A DNA stretch of 64,000 nucleotides, taken from the NCBI RefSeq assembly GCF_964355755.1, contig NC_092671.1, forward strand, positions 17,422,001-17,486,000, written 5' to 3'. Below the pieces are notes generated by a model, which did no database searches, was not told where the DNA came from, and saw only the letters and a program-made list of their open reading frames with translations. Positions 1 through 12,573 of this stretch are shown piece by piece. Position 1 is the stretch's first letter; each line of letters starts with the position of its first letter. Origin of the DNA: Antedon mediterranea (taxonomy: Eukaryota; Animalia; Echinodermata). Both the position numbers and the translations under genes were made by a program.

Positions 1-67
1 TATACAGCTTTGTTTATCCATTGCTTGGAAACTGTTTTTTGGAGGTTTCAAACGGTACTAGATAGAG

Positions 68-540
68 GCTAACAAATTATGGTAGATATGATAGAGTTGG
101 GTGAGGTAAATTATGGCAGAGATATGTACAGTAAATAAATGCTAATGAATTGTGGATATGGAGATGGGTCAGAGGCCGGCATAAAACTGTGATCGAGGGA
201 GGCGCCAAAGTTTCCAAATTGTGGTAGATAGAAATGTTTGCTGTTACCTAACTGTGATAGAGGTGGCAGGTTACTAAATTGTGGTAGAGATGGGTGTGTG
301 CGGCCACCAAATGGTGGTACAGAGAGGTGCGTACGTCCACCAAATTGTGGTAGAGATGGGTATCAGTCATCCAATTGTGGTAGAGATGGGTGCGTGAGGC
401 CATCAATTGTGGTAGAGATGGGTGCGTGAGGCCACCAAATGGTGGTAGAGAGAGGTGCGTAATATGTCTACCAAATGGTGGTAGAGATGGGTATCAGTCA
501 CCAAACTGTGGTATATGGAGGTAGGTGAAGGTGGTAGAGG
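68..540. repeat. Degenerate ~35-40 bp tandem repeat
   Basis: Recurrent motif AATTGTGGTAGAGATGGG...CCACCA; explains the repetitive ORF 238..429 (NCGRDGCVRPP). Confidence 0.85.
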
Positions 541-1154
541 AAGGCATGCCTATTTAACAAATAATTGTATTAGATAGAGATGGACACTACTTGAAATGAC
601 ATTAGAAATTATATCCACTTAATCTCAATAACAATATTGTTTTAGGTTGCTATTGAAGGCACTGATTTTCTGTTTGCTTAACTAAGAATAGACACTGGTA
701 TCAAAGTCTATTCTGATAATAGCAGGTATAATACAGTAAATAACTGGTATTGTATCCAATTCTGTCATAATGACATATTATTAAACATTTTTCACAACCA
801 TTTTCATATTTTACTATAATTATTGTATTAACATTACTATGTCTTTCAAAAACTTACCAACTTGTGCTTGTGTATTTTAGTCTCCAGATTTTGTTTAAGT
901 TTCTATGATCAACTAATTGATTTGTAAAAAATTATTACAAAACTCTTCACCAAATAAATTTGCCAAAGCTCAAAGAATTAAGAACCATTCTGTTAAATCA
1001 TTGATTTGTTAAAAATCACGGTATTAAAAAAAATTTCATACAAAATGATTTAATCGCAACATAGTTTTGTTGACTGAAAAAACAATAACCAACATTTTTA
1101 TTTTTAAAAACCAAATTTTTGAATAGGAAATATTAAAACGAATGTAAACATTAC

Positions 1155-1312
1155 TTGAAACTATCAGTCCGATTTGAAGCCTGATCGCATTGTTCCTTTT
1201 GTGTGGTCAAATCACTTTCACTGGTTAAACGACGATAAAAACGCAGAAAAACTCTTTTACTCGTTCCACTTTTTGCTTTTGTCGCCGTATCCAGAGACTC
1301 AGATCGCTTCAT
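1155..1312 (-). CDS. Candidate alternative first coding exon of an unidentified - strand gene (MKRSESLDTATKAKSGTSKRVFLRFYRRLTSESDLTTQKEQCDQASNRTDSF, phase 2)
   Basis: ATG at 1312, 52 open codons plus AA|GTAATG donor; GC/CpG-richer than flanks; same end phase as exon 27788-28005. Confidence 0.5.
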
Positions 1313-2292
1313 AGTAGTACCAGTATAGTTGAACGCCAGCGTTCAAATTTGCACAATAAACTACACCAGGTCTATGCAACGAGTTTGACTATACTCCCAT
1401 GTAATTACTAAAAGCCAACAGCCAATGAAAAGACAAGTCTCAGTGACATTAAAAGCTTCCTGATAAAACTCCCTAGATTTCATACAACAATTATCAATTC
1501 CATGAATGACACCACTCAGATCTATGAATGTTCCAAGGTAGGAGGGTTATTAAATCTGCTAATCAATGGACAGTATAATCTATTTTTACATTTTGCAATG
1601 ATAGGTTTTAGCAATTTAATTAATACGACAACATATTCATAATCAAGTTATTCAGCAGTCATTATCATTTGTTGTATACAGCAACATTTTTTTTTTAATA
1701 TCAAAATTAAAAATGTTGAAGTTCGGAACAAAATATGCGATACATTTAATTTTTAGAATACAATGAATGTTATAACTCTAAATATGGTATATATTATGGT
1801 ATAACAAGATGGTCAAATTAGAGTCTACTGTCTGAATGCAAACAAATATACACAGAAGGTGTGGATAGTAAAAGTGGGGAAAACACAGAATAATCACCTA
1901 CAAATAATTAATCAATTCAAAATGCATGGATATTTTTGATTACGATTAATTGGTAGTCAAATCAATCAATCAATCAATCGATTGCCTTAACCATCAAACC
2001 TGTGTCCAACCCACATAAATTTAGGGTTTAGTGACATTTAGTGGTAAGCATTTATTTAGTAGTGTTTGTCTCAATTTAGAATTAGATAACTATGTCTACT
2101 GCCATAGTAAAGGATATTTAAAAATGATACAATAAAATCAATTATTTTATTTGTTGCCAATTGTTCTAATTAAAAAAAGGGATACTTAGTTTTTCTTTCA
2201 AAAAACATTTAGTAGTATTATCTAATAATGTACAAAATGTATTTAAATTTTATCACAATATTATTATTCATTAAAAAGATTCATTCGGTTGG

Positions 2293-2452
2293 TATTACAA
2301 ATAAAATATAATAGTTAATTATATCTCAACCGTAATTGTAATAGTAAATAACGATTAGTTTTATTCACCTGACGTAGTAAATAAAAATAATCGTTATTTA
2401 CTATTACAATTACGGTTGAGATATAATTAACTATTATATTTTATTTTTAATA
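2293..2452. repeat. Long inverted repeat (fold-back)
   Basis: 2299-2357 is the exact reverse complement of 2388-2446 (59 bp); extends with single mismatches; 14-nt loop. Confidence 0.95.
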
Positions 2453-4060
2453 TTATTATTGTTTATGTTTTAATAAAAGTTGCATTTAAGCTAGGGTCTA
2501 GTTTATAATAAGCTTCAAATGAAAACCAGTGTACAATTAATATAAATTGCAAATTTAAAAACATAATTTAAAAATAAGTACTATCGCAAGTAAAATCCAA
2601 AATGGAGGACTACTTAACTAGCAATAATTCAACCATAATAAATTCTATAATTTATTCATCATTGTCTTTAATTTATGCTGAAATTCATAATGATTCAGTG
2701 ACAAAGGATGAGTACTTGAGTTGCCAAGCTTACAAGCTGATATTTTCAAATAAATTTAATTAACAATAACAGTACTAAAAACCACTGATTTATTCAAGTT
2801 TCTTCCATCGAATTTAAATACCATTTACTGATTCTGCAAAGGAATATTATTCTTTATGGTTAAAAAAAGTAGTCATATATTTGAAGATGAAAGCCAAAAT
2901 TTGTTATGAATCCTTGTTTATAAATCAGAAGAAGCGTTATAATTAGTAGCATCTTTCATTCACTTTAAAACTGATGAGGGCTCTCTTCAATTATTGTATT
3001 GAATATGTTAACGATATTGAGGGTTGTCTGCGAAAGGGAACAAATATATAATTAAAATGTTAAACTTCCAGTAGGCTTTAACTATTGATTGGCGACGTTT
3101 CTGGAAATAAAAAAATTGTAGTTTTACTTTATATAAAATATACAATTGATCTTTGACCTTTTCAGTATTGTCAGTAATCTTTATACTATGTTTTTATGTG
3201 GCTTAACTGATGATAGTCCAACATTATTTATTTACACATAGATATTTGATTTCACAACATTTTATATATTTAATATTCTAGGTGGTTTTTAATTTGTTCT
3301 GTGCCTGTTAATTAATATATTTAAAACATACGCAGATAGAAAATAATATACACAAATAAATTATTATAAAAAACTGTCCAGGTACTTTAATTTATTAATA
3401 TTAATAACATTGGCATTTTATTTATTTATGTCCTATATGAACAAAGTGTTATTTCACATTGTATATGTCAAAGAGTTTATAAGATTGGCTAGAGGGCGGA
3501 CTCCTGACTGGGACGTGATTCCGACAAGTACCAACAAATACGGCCACTGTAAATCTGTTCAAAACATTATTAAAATTTAGAATATAAAATATTTAAAAGA
3601 ATCTAATATAATACATAAAGAAAATTAATTTAATAACACGCTACGTTGAGCATCTTACTGGTGAATGTAAAAATACTTCTCATATTTAATGCTCAGTGCA
3701 GGGGTAGCTCAATGCGTGACCACTGCGTAGCAGGCGTGACTGGAGCATTGAATGCTCGATTGCAGCCACCATCTTGTTCTCTCTTTATCAAGAATTACTT
3801 TTTTAAACTGGAAAACCATTGGAATCAATCCTCTAGACAACCTATTAACTTGTTGGCATGTTTATTTAAATAAATTACAAAAATAATACCAGTATATATA
3901 CTGTAATAATAAAAGTATTTTTCATTTAAAATATCATGGAATACATTGCCTGTGGAAATCATGGGGTACAGTGATAAGGATTTTTGATTCCAATAACTGT
4001 ACCTGATTAACTTTTAAGAATTGAGCTAATGCACAAAGATTGGTATAATTTAACACTTAA

Positions 4061-4617
4061 AGACACCTTCCCTACGTTTTTTAGATCTAATTTAAGATCA
4101 CAAACTATATTTAATGTAAAAATAATACTATATGGTCCTATTGCGATAACTTTTTTCGTCTTTAAATGGTTAAAAATGTGAAAAATAAGTCGATTCTAAT
4201 AATTATAGTGACCCACTTTTCGATCGATCGTGAGGCAAAAACAAATGGAAGACTCCTAACTATTCAGCGCAAATACCAGGTTTTGCCCAATTTGTATCAA
4301 CGGAGTCTGGCAAAAATAGAAAGACAATTAAAGCAGCAACTATACAACGTCAGGCTAGGTATATAGCTAGCGTACGATGTTCGTACGTTACCGATGTTTA
4401 CCAGCTAGGCCTACAAAACTAAGCTAGGCTAGGTCTAAAGACCGTCTACGAGAGGTCATTCGCCGCGAGCTACTTAGGTAGTGCATTGTTTCTCACTTTT
4501 TATCATAATTTACCATAAAACGTACATTTAAGACAAGGAATGACCTGTTTTAATGTTTTTAAAGTAATATATATGTATCATTTTTACAAAACGTCACAAA
4601 TTGTTGGGAAGGTGTCT
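4061..4617. mobile_element. Non-autonomous TIR DNA transposon, Kolobok-like
   Basis: TIRs AGACACCTTCCC / GGGAAGGTGTCT flanked by TTAA at 4057-4060 and 4618-4621; AG...CT termini with TTAA target fit Kolobok; CpG-rich interior. Confidence 0.75.
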
Positions 4618-5184
4618 TTAATTAACAGGGTTAATACATACAATATAGTTATCTTGCCATAAACTTAAACTTAAACATATGCACTTATGATCAAACTCCT
4701 ATTCCTACATTACACAGAAAAGCAATAGGTTTGATTGTGGCTGTATGAGTCTCGTCTACCCACCTTGCTGTCTGTATAGCTGATTTAGCCTTTACGATAA
4801 ATATCATGATAGATGTTGTTTGTGCGATGCCGTCTTAGTTTGAATTTATAAATTGAGTAATTCACATAAATAACCAACAATTTTATAGCACAGTCCGTCT
4901 AACGTCAGCCTATGCCTCTGATTACAACATTCCCACCCTTTCCAGCTATTTAGTTCCTCATATTAACACCATCATACTATACTTAAACATAATATGCATT
5001 TTTTTAAATGTTTTAATACAATTAGAATAAAATATTTTATCAATGAATAATAAAAAAAACCGTTACACTGCTGTACTGTACGGCTGAATTTTTAAATTTT
5101 ACTAACAACACCGGCATCAGAATTAATAAATTATACAGAATGCATTACTGACCGGTACATAATTAAAATTCTAAAATGTCTTAC

Positions 5185-5249
5185 GTTCTTCTTGTTCGTT
5201 CTTGAACACGATATTTCCTGCACTTGCTTGGTGCTTGTGACAAAGCCAT
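5185..5249 (-). CDS. Candidate alternative first coding exon (MALSQAPSKCRKYRVQERTRR, phase 2)
   Basis: ATCATGG start context, 21 open codons plus AC|GTAAGA donor. Confidence 0.45.
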
Positions 5250-7116
5250 GATGAAGGAGCACGTTTACTTTGCTATACTACTAACTAAGAAGAAGACGCT
5301 AGACTAAAGATGATCAACGGCAAGTTGTCCCAGAGGAAGGCTAGAATCGAGCGAGCTAGGCTGGAACATCAGTCCAAATCCAATAATAGCCTCTGACCGA
5401 TAATCACAGCTATCCTGAGCTTGTATAATCAACGTATCCTATGTATATTACATGTATACAGGTCGTATAATGTGTGTAATAGGAAAACATAGTAGATAGC
5501 CAAGGATGCACAAGTACAATTAATTTGTAATAGACATGCAAATTAAACACACAGAGGTCAAAGGTCATTAGCCTTCTTGTCAACATTCATTTCACGCTGT
5601 TAACTATTTTATACGTTAAATAACCTTTGTAATTAGCTATGCGCATAGTAATTATTTCTTCAGATACCACTATGTGGACTTACTTCATGCTTCAGACGAG
5701 TGATGACTAAACAATTACAACTAATGAATATTATCCTTCCATCGTTGCTTTACATATAAAATAAGCGCAAAATTGGCACAAAAAAAATTAGCCGTTTGCT
5801 TTATTAATCAATTCATGGTTTAAATTAAAAAGTATTTATCGTTTGTATAAAAAAATTATTGCAATATATTATATTCTACTGTATAAGCTAATTACAAAGC
5901 TTTTATTCAACATATATTGAGTGATAATTATTATTATACATAAAATTATTTAGTTAAATTTTAATTATTCTATTATATAACTTCAGTAGTATAATATGAA
6001 TCTACTATTTATTGTACTTAATACGTTTATAGTTTATATTGTAAAATGTTTATATAGTGTTATTGAAATTGAAAATGTATTATCATTTTATTGCCAATAA
6101 TGTTTAAATCTAAAAATGAAATCGAATGATAAAAATCAAATATTCATAACCATATTGCAGTTACGAAAACCTTGGTGTTAATGTCATTTCCTACTTAGCT
6201 ATCAACACCATCTTTTATTAAGTGAAATTCATCATCGACCATCAAATCATAAAGGATGGCTTCAAAAGGTCAAAGTTGAAACAGTAATTTAACTATGATA
6301 TTGCTGTAAGAAATCCACATGGTTGAGAAATGTATAGAGATATATACAATACCTATAATGATTATTTACCATACACTTTTCAACAAAGCTACATAAAGAT
6401 ATGTTTAATGAGTTTTTGTACTACTACTAAGTATCAGATTGTTGAAGAAAAAATGATAAAAATCAGTGATATGAATCAATTTCTATAGTATCAATGCGAT
6501 ACATGGTACATTTTATGTGTCAGTTTTTTACTGAATAACATAATACTAATATATATAAGTCACACATTTTGTAATTCACAAATAAAAACACATTTTCTTA
6601 TGTTTTCAATGGATATGTGAAACTATTTCGGGACAAATTCAGGGTTGGGTGGGGCAGTCGTAAAGAACATAAAAAAAGTTGAAATGTAATAATTGTCCCA
6701 CAATTTATTATTGTGAAATATGGCAAATTAATATTATCATTTCAAATTTTGATTTGCTTTTGATAAATAAAATTGACAATAAGGTAATTGTCATGCCAAA
6801 ATATGCAATCTGGTTTGCATAACATTAGGCTTTTGCAAACATTTTTAAACAGACAATTAGCATGAAGATATATATAGTTTTATACCTGTATTTAGTGCAA
6901 TGGGATTACACTGACTAAACAGAAAAATTAGTAGATCTTACAGAAATACTGAATATTTGATGGCCTTCTGGGCAAGTCAGATGAGCAGTTTGGTTTCTCA
7001 GGTATTCTTATGGCCTGTAATTTTATTCCAAGAATGACTATTAACTACAGTTTCTATTAAAATGCTGCTACAGTAGGCCTATAAGTGATGTTTTCCATGC
7101 AATGCACAAGCCATAA

Positions 7117-7275
7117 TGCTCTGTCTACACAAATTTTATGTGAAAAACAAATGTGATGTGCCTGTATATGAACATTATGATGTCATATCACTACAATATT
7201 TAAGAATATTACTACCATATTTGGGACACATCACACGTTTTTTTGTCAAACTAGTTTGATAGTGTAAACAGAGCT
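7117..7275. mobile_element. Harbinger-like MITE family A, copy 1
   Basis: GCTCTGTCTACAC...GTGTAAACAGAGCT termini; core ATGATGTCATATCACTAC shared with seven other copies. Confidence 0.85.
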
Positions 7276-7340
7276 TTAGACCAACACAGTGTTCAACTTG
7301 GCCAAGTTGAACACTGTGTTGGTCTGAAGCTCTGTCTACA
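7263..7340. repeat. 78-bp spacerless palindrome
   Basis: 39-bp arms centred at 7301/7302 with 2 mismatches; core CACAGTGTTCAACTTGG|CCAAGTTGAACACTGTG. Confidence 0.95.
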
Positions 7341-7583
7341 ACAACATTCATAAATTTCCTACAAGACTAGTTTGTAATTATAAAAAGATAAAAAAAAACT
7401 CCCAAGGCTAAGATTTAAGGAATTAAAGAATTAGACGCTTAAAGCCTTTTCCGGGATGTACTTTATAAGACTGTTAACCACAAATAAGTTCCGGATTCAA
7501 GGAATGGTAGATTCAAGTATTAGAAACAAGAAATTGTACACCTTGAATGAAATGTCATGGCTACATTTAGTAAATATTGGCAG

Positions 7584-7761
7584 CTATAGATCCATAACAC
7601 TGAATATTGGCATATCCATATTATAAAGACATCTATAGATCCATAACACTGAATATTGGCATATCCATATTATAAAGACATCTATAGATCCATAACACTG
7701 AATATTGGCATATCCATATTATAAAGACATCTATAGATTCATAACACTGAATATTGGCATA
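7584..7761. repeat. 49-bp tandem repeat, ~3.6 copies
   Basis: Unit CTATAGATCCATAACACTGAATATTGGCATATCCATATTATAAAGACAT at 7584, 7633, 7682, 7731. Confidence 0.95.
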
Positions 7762-9289
7762 ATAATATATAGCTCAATTTGTGGCAGATCAAAGTTTTGA
7801 CAGGGGGGGGGGGGGGGGGTCGGATGTTTGTGGGCTAGGCCTAAAATATTATTTAACTAAGCTGAGTTCTGTTGGGTTCATTTATTTGTTAAAATATATT
7901 TCTACATAAACATTAGCAATTTGCAACCACTCTGCTGAATATTGGCATAACCATAAAGGCAGCTACAGTATGTATAATACTATAATATTACTACTATATA
8001 ATATTATAATACTGGTACTGGAAGACCCTCTGCTTTTACTGGTACATCATGTTGCCATTAAGGGTGTAAGTAAACCAGGTACTCGTTTCAACAGAAATAC
8101 AATGTTTTTAAAAGTGAACGTAAGTTGCTTGTGTACACTGGACCTACTCCTGTACATATTCATGCTCAGCTATTTTAAAATGTACATAGTATAAAGTACA
8201 ATTACGTCAGAGTAGGGTAAACATCTGACAATGACAACAATGATGATGAAATTGATAAGTTAATAAATTTACCATTCATTTTTCCTACATCACAATTATC
8301 ATTATCAAAAATGGTTTTGCTTTTATCATAAATTTAAGGTACATTATATAACAACAAAAACTAAAAGATTCATCACATTCAAAATGGCCAGGGTAAAGTC
8401 ATATATCAGGAAGAATTACCACTTAAATATGAAGTTAATTGTCATAAAACATGAAAAGCGTATCACATTTAATATACACATAAGGCGAGTACCATTACAG
8501 CTGGTTGAATCTCATGAACAATCACAAGAAAACTAGGTTGCTAAGCAACGTTATACGTATGTATCATCCTTCATCATATTCTATTATGTTCTCCACAGGG
8601 TCTTTTGGGAAATATTTGTATTAATACTATGTTCTTGATTACAGGACTTGTGCATATAGTGTAAAGTAAAACTTTATTATTAGGCGACTGCATTTGAAAT
8701 TTCACTAGCGTCTTGTGTCTTTTAATTTTCTAATTTAGCTAGTGGCATAGTTTATCATGAGTAGACAAGATGTAAACAACTATTTACCTATGTATTATTA
8801 TTATTTCAAACATGTTTTAATTTTTTTTGTTATTCAGCAGACAATGGATTTTAAAGATAATTTTGATATGGAATATTTTTGGGGATCTTGTTTATTTTAT
8901 TATTTGTTATTGTTTATTGTGTAAAGACTTTGATACATACTAAAAAAATACAGTATGCATTTCTTTACTTATGAAAATGTATATATTCAACTTGTAAGGT
9001 TCAAATAATGATACGATGATTTCCTCATATACAGTGGTTTCATAATAACAATGTAATAGCAATCTACCATAGCAGAACTATACTGTATACAGTAGCACTT
9101 AAGAAAAACGTTTAATATGTACAGTATCCAATTTCAATATAGGTTTAAATACTAAGGTACTATATTTGAAATCATCAAACAAAATATGAACACAATGTGA
9201 ACCAGATAATATACAATAGGGCTACTGTCAACTATTCCAAAAAAAAAGCAACCACCCCTTGGCCAAAACAATCATTAATATGAACATAC

Positions 9290-9393
9290 CCGTAACTACT
9301 GCGTCGTCTTCGAAAGTTCCTCTGTGGAAAGGTGGCAGATCGACATGGAGTACTAGTGGGAGAAGTGGCAGTAGTAGTAGTAGAATCATCCAT
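9290..9393 (-). CDS. Candidate coding exon (MDDSTTTTATSPTSTPCRSATFPQRNFRRRRSSY, phase 2); first exon or symmetric cassette
   Basis: ATG at 9393, 34 open codons plus GG|GTATGT donor; a pyrimidine tract and AG lie 1 nt upstream of the ATG. Confidence 0.55.
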
Positions 9394-10100
9394 GCTTTAG
9401 ATAGAGATGAATAGGATATACAGAGAAGAGGATATAGTTGGGTTAGTCTTGTAGCATCACAGTATATCATACCATGGAGAAATAAGTTGATCATACATAC
9501 ACACAGTTGTCAATTGATTGCTACCAATCTAACACTCTAAAATGGGATTTTCTGAAGAACAGCTTTACAGAATCATTCCTTTTGTTGCTTCATGCATGAT
9601 GGATCAAAATGTAAAAGAAGAAACTTTACAGGGCCATGGTGCATGCCTACTACAGTCAAAAGGTCAACAAAACCCCGTGTGCAAAACCCACACACATACA
9701 TGCTACAACAACAAACTGAGATACTATACTTCGCACATCCAGCTGTTTAACACTTCCTTGTTCAGATATCTAGACTTCCTGACATTTTTCTCTGCATACC
9801 AACGCCGTAAATAGAGAAATCCACTAATTTATAATAATCGTATATATGACGTATTCTATTACATGTATTAAGATTTGAGATTGCATTATTGAAACACAGG
9901 CACATAAAACATATTTGATACAGTATATGATTCTGAATACTTAAACCATCAAAAATTAATTGATTATAAAACATAATGCTAATGGTAATTATTTTATGAA
10001 AATAGTTTAGAAAAAAATTGGTGCCATTTTTTTAAATTTAAAAATCTTTATACCAGTACATTACAGTTTCGAGCAAAAAAAAAGAGCAAATTTTCTGTGA

Positions 10101-10683
10101 TTTTATTATTCATTTATTTATTTGTTCTTTCTTTAAACTGAAATACACTTTCAATACAAATGTACTGATTTCCAAAGTGGTTCAGTAAACATATTTACAA
10201 CAAAAATAAAATATAAAAGAAAAACAAAAAGAAAGAAAACAGATATAAAACTATTTACAATTGTGAAGGCAAAAAGGTTAATACATATATGATTTCTATA
10301 GTGAAGATTTAAAAGTTGCCAAAGACATATTATGGAGTTCTGATTTTATGTTATTTGGTAGAGAATTCCATAATTTAGTTGATCTATAAACAAAAGTTCT
10401 TTTACCCTGAGAGTTATTCCATAACGGAATAGATAAATCATTATTACTTTGGGAGCGAGTGCATTTATTATGGTTATCTACAGTAAATTGAAATAATATT
10501 GTTAAGTATCTTGGAGCTATTTCTTTTAAACATTTAAATAGCATTATAAGAATATTTTCATTCCATTTTTCTGTAAGTCTACTCCATCCAAGAGTACTTA
10601 AGATATCATTAATAGGGGTATACATGTCTACTGATAACAATATTCTACCTAATCTGTTGATTAAAACCTGAAGAGAATTTCAT
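10101..10683 (-). mobile_element. 5'-truncated LINE (CR1/L2 group) 3' end
   Basis: ORF 10296..10640 resembles the ORF2 C-terminus (LGW..L, APRYL, TRSQ, GKRTF.YR...LWNSLP, FK..L), followed by a 3' UTR and an A-rich tail. Confidence 0.85.
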
Positions 10684-12468
10684 TCTCTTAAAAACGTCTA
10701 AACTTGAATGCTTGTATATGATGTAAAACAAAACAATAAACTAAACAAGGAAACAACTATAAATTTATTAAAAACAAAAAGAGATATACTAATTTGAAAC
10801 TAATTGGTAATTTTGTATTAACAGTACATACAATAAATACATCAACAAATAAGATACATAATTAATGTACAACTCCCAATATATGTATAGAGACATTTTG
10901 ATCACAATTTCTTTTTTATTTAATTTGTTCATATTAATTTGTAATTTATTGAATAACGTACAGAACCACCACTGCTCCAGTATAGAAGAGCCACCATTCA
11001 TAGATTAATGTTTTTTAATAATTATAGAGGGCAACATTTAAATTAAATACAATATTTATCTAGCATCAGTTGCTACAAATATTAAAACATGAGGGCAGTA
11101 GACATATATTTTTAAAAGTGAGCTTCACAAAAATATTGATATATATTGTATATAACATATGGATAAATATAAACATTTTTTTTTTTCAATTTTAAATTTA
11201 AAAGGAATTTTGCTTGAAAGTGTACAGTATAATTGTAATTTCCAACCCACAACTACTATAGTATCTCCACCATGGTGTTAAAATTATAATTGTCTCCTAC
11301 GGGGTCCCATACCAAGGTCTACACAATTATTCTTGTATGTACTGTACAGAGTATACTAATGTAAATATCAAGAAGTCATAAAATACAGTAAAAAATGCTT
11401 GGAAAATTGCTGCTCGTGGAAGCCAATGAATTCTACTACAAATAGAAATGTGTTAAAATACAATATTATGTGTATGCATGTGGCGAGACAAAAAAAAACT
11501 TTAATATAATTTGTGGGAATGTTTATTCCAAACAATGTTCTATGGCAGGTGTTTATTTGGCGGGTCATTATTCAAAGGTTGGCATTTATTCGAATAAATA
11601 TGGTACCTTTTAACCTATCATAGAGATCTTTATACATACATTTATTCATGTTGAAAATAATTAATTGAATTGAAAATAGAACCATATTCTTAGCTTATAA
11701 TTTTGTGTAAAAAATATTTATATTAAGAAACATTTAATAAATCAAAGATTTGAATTATAGATATAATAAACGGACACGGATTCAATATTCTCATCTGATT
11801 ATAAACCTGTCTATGACACCGGAAGTCTACCCACGTAATACGCACTATAACTTCATGATCGTTAAACAGTTTTTAATAGATTTCTTTAAAATTCTTAATT
11901 TAGAACTTCTTTGATGCGGATACGAAAAGGAAGACGATGATTTGACGTAAACGGGACATAGAAAGCGTCTAGGGATATATCATCAATATATTTCTAGACA
12001 AGAAATTATTAGCAGGATCTAACAAGGAATTTTAAGCAGTTTTATTAGTTTACAATTTCTAAAGAAATAAACAACTGTTGCTAACGATTTTAAAACTCAC
12101 ATTCGGTTTTATACAAAATACATTTATATTCCTTATTTTTTATTTTTACAAAAACCCACAGAAATAAAAGTTACCCCCTACTGTACATAGAGGAAAATAT
12201 ACAAAATTCTCACTATCAACAGATAATTCAGTAAAATTATAAAAATATTATTTTCTCTATTATTGAATGTCATAAATTTATGTGATCAGGAAAAACTTCA
12301 CTCTTCCCTGATGTGATGAACAGTTTTTCAAAATTATTATTTATCATGGTTAGGGGCGTATTCATGATTAAAAAAGAAACAGTAATTCTGTACCATATAA
12401 TAATAACAGTCTCTCAGCTTAGATTTTCAAAATGTAGTTAATCATTTTGTTTTAGCTGTCAAAACGGG

Positions 12469-12573
12469 GAGCATGAGCCCCTTTTGCTCCCCATGGAACT
12501 GCCTCTGATGGTATACAGTTTAGAGCATGAGCCCCTTTTGCTCCCCATGGAACTGCCTCTGATGGTATACAGT
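12469..12573. repeat. Direct duplication, period 54 bp
   Basis: GAGCATGAGCCCCTTTTGCTCCCCATGGAACTGCCTCTGATGGTATACAGT at 12469 and 12523. Confidence 0.95.

Noticed and set aside
238-429. Cys/Pro/Gly-repeat peptide ORF
   Set aside because: Translation of a degenerate tandem repeat; non-ATG start and no splice support.
858-931. Phase-2 GTAAGT donor with a short open frame on the - strand
   Set aside because: No ATG or clear acceptor before the in-frame stop.
7285-7318. V(D)J-like recombination signal sequence
   Set aside because: Heptamer only; no ACAAAAACC-like nonamer at 12 or 23 bp and no RAG/Transib coding sequence in the window.
7803-7819. G17 homopolymer as a G-quadruplex
   Set aside because: Simple homopolymer with no supporting context; its length is unreliable in assemblies.
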